Shown: one piece after another, positions 45,309-45,624 of the stretch
Numbering within the stretch: the stretch's first letter is position 1
Layout: every line of letters begins with the position of its first letter
Virus genome (UHGV): UHGV-0133287
From: a virus
Direction: 5' to 3' (one strand)
DNA: 45,624 nt
Position numbers and translations under genes: made by a program
Notes under the pieces: model-generated
Database searches by the model: none
Told to the model about the DNA's origin: nothing
What the model saw: only the letters and a program-made list of their open reading frames with translations

Positions 45309-45624
45309 ACCACGATTGTTGCTAAAAGCGGGAAAAAATATCGTTCAGACGACACAGAGGCAATTCGCAAAAACCTCGGTTTGCAGGAAACGATAAACAA
45401 GGCTTCTGGCGCATTACAGAAAAACCAGAACGGCGCAGATATTCCTGGAAAAGATACCTTCACCAAAAATATTGGTGCCTGCCGCGCATATAGCGCATGG
45501 GTGGATATTGGTGGCGATAGTCAGGTCTGGACAACTGCGCAATTTATTTCGTGGCTGGAGAGTCAGGGGGCATTTAACCATCCTTACTGGATGTGCAAAG
45601 GCTCATGGGCTTATGCAAATAATA
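45309..45624 (+). CDS. alternative tail-fibre C-terminal segment, start-less (runs off window end)
   Basis: Open frame with no ATG/GTG start from the stop at 45306-45308 to the window end; encodes ...AIRKNLGLQETINKASGALQKN..., paralleling the ...EYLGLQETVNRAGNAVQKN... junction of the fibre gene at the window start on the opposite strand. Confidence 0.55.
45367..45392. other. gix/hix-like invertase crossover site
   Basis: GCAAAAACC-TC-GGTTTGCAGGAA, an inverted copy of the 125-150 site; 68 bp from the invertase start codon. Confidence 0.5.

Noticed and set aside
1-45624. Search for an integrase/attP to explain the tRNA as an integration module
   Set aside because: No tyrosine or large serine integrase-like ORF was seen (the only recombinase is the small Gin-type invertase) and the tRNA is full length, so an integrative lifestyle is not supported by this window.

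Overview
This window reads as most of a temperate phage-plasmid: a tailed-phage genome that also carries a plasmid-type replicon, partition system and toxin-antitoxin module. No integrase was seen. All calls rest on reading the sequence and the supplied ORF translations; family names come from remembered motifs, not searches.

Layout, left to right:
- 1-32983, all on the minus strand, looks like one long late transcription unit. It runs from a Q-like antiterminator (32606-32983) through accessory genes, a lysis cassette, a tRNA(CAU), a DNA methyltransferase, three ParB-like nuclease-domain genes, lambda-like packaging and head genes, and a Mu/P2-like contractile tail, ending in a tail-fibre gene that runs off the window start.
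- 32987-35787 holds nin-like genes and a lambda-style immunity switch (divergent Cro-like and CI-like genes with ACCAC-N5-GTGGT operators).
- 36390-37342 is a ParA plus small ParG-like partition pair.
- 38457-39787 is a small ORF coupled to an antirepressor-like gene behind a long structured leader.
- 41477-42129 is a RelE/ParE-type toxin with an HTH antitoxin.
- 42955-44744 is an IncFII-like replicon (RepA1-like initiator, DnaA box, candidate CopA-like antisense RNA).
- 44745-45624 is a Gin/Hin-family invertase followed by a start-less alternative tail-fibre C-terminus.

Most worth a second look:
1. A ~115-bp promoter/leader cassette present in three near-identical copies, each abutting the first gene of a minus-strand operon, one of them directly downstream of the Q-like gene.
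2. A trio of ParB-like nuclease-domain genes, one fused to a SAM-methyltransferase-like domain, sitting immediately upstream of the terminase.
3. Inverted gix-like crossover sites at both window edges, which suggests a circular genome with an invertible tail-fibre segment spanning the window junction.
4. An intrinsic terminator placed 12 nt before the holin start, implying lysis depends on antitermination.

About 35% of the CDS calls are hypothetical proteins with no recognisable family.
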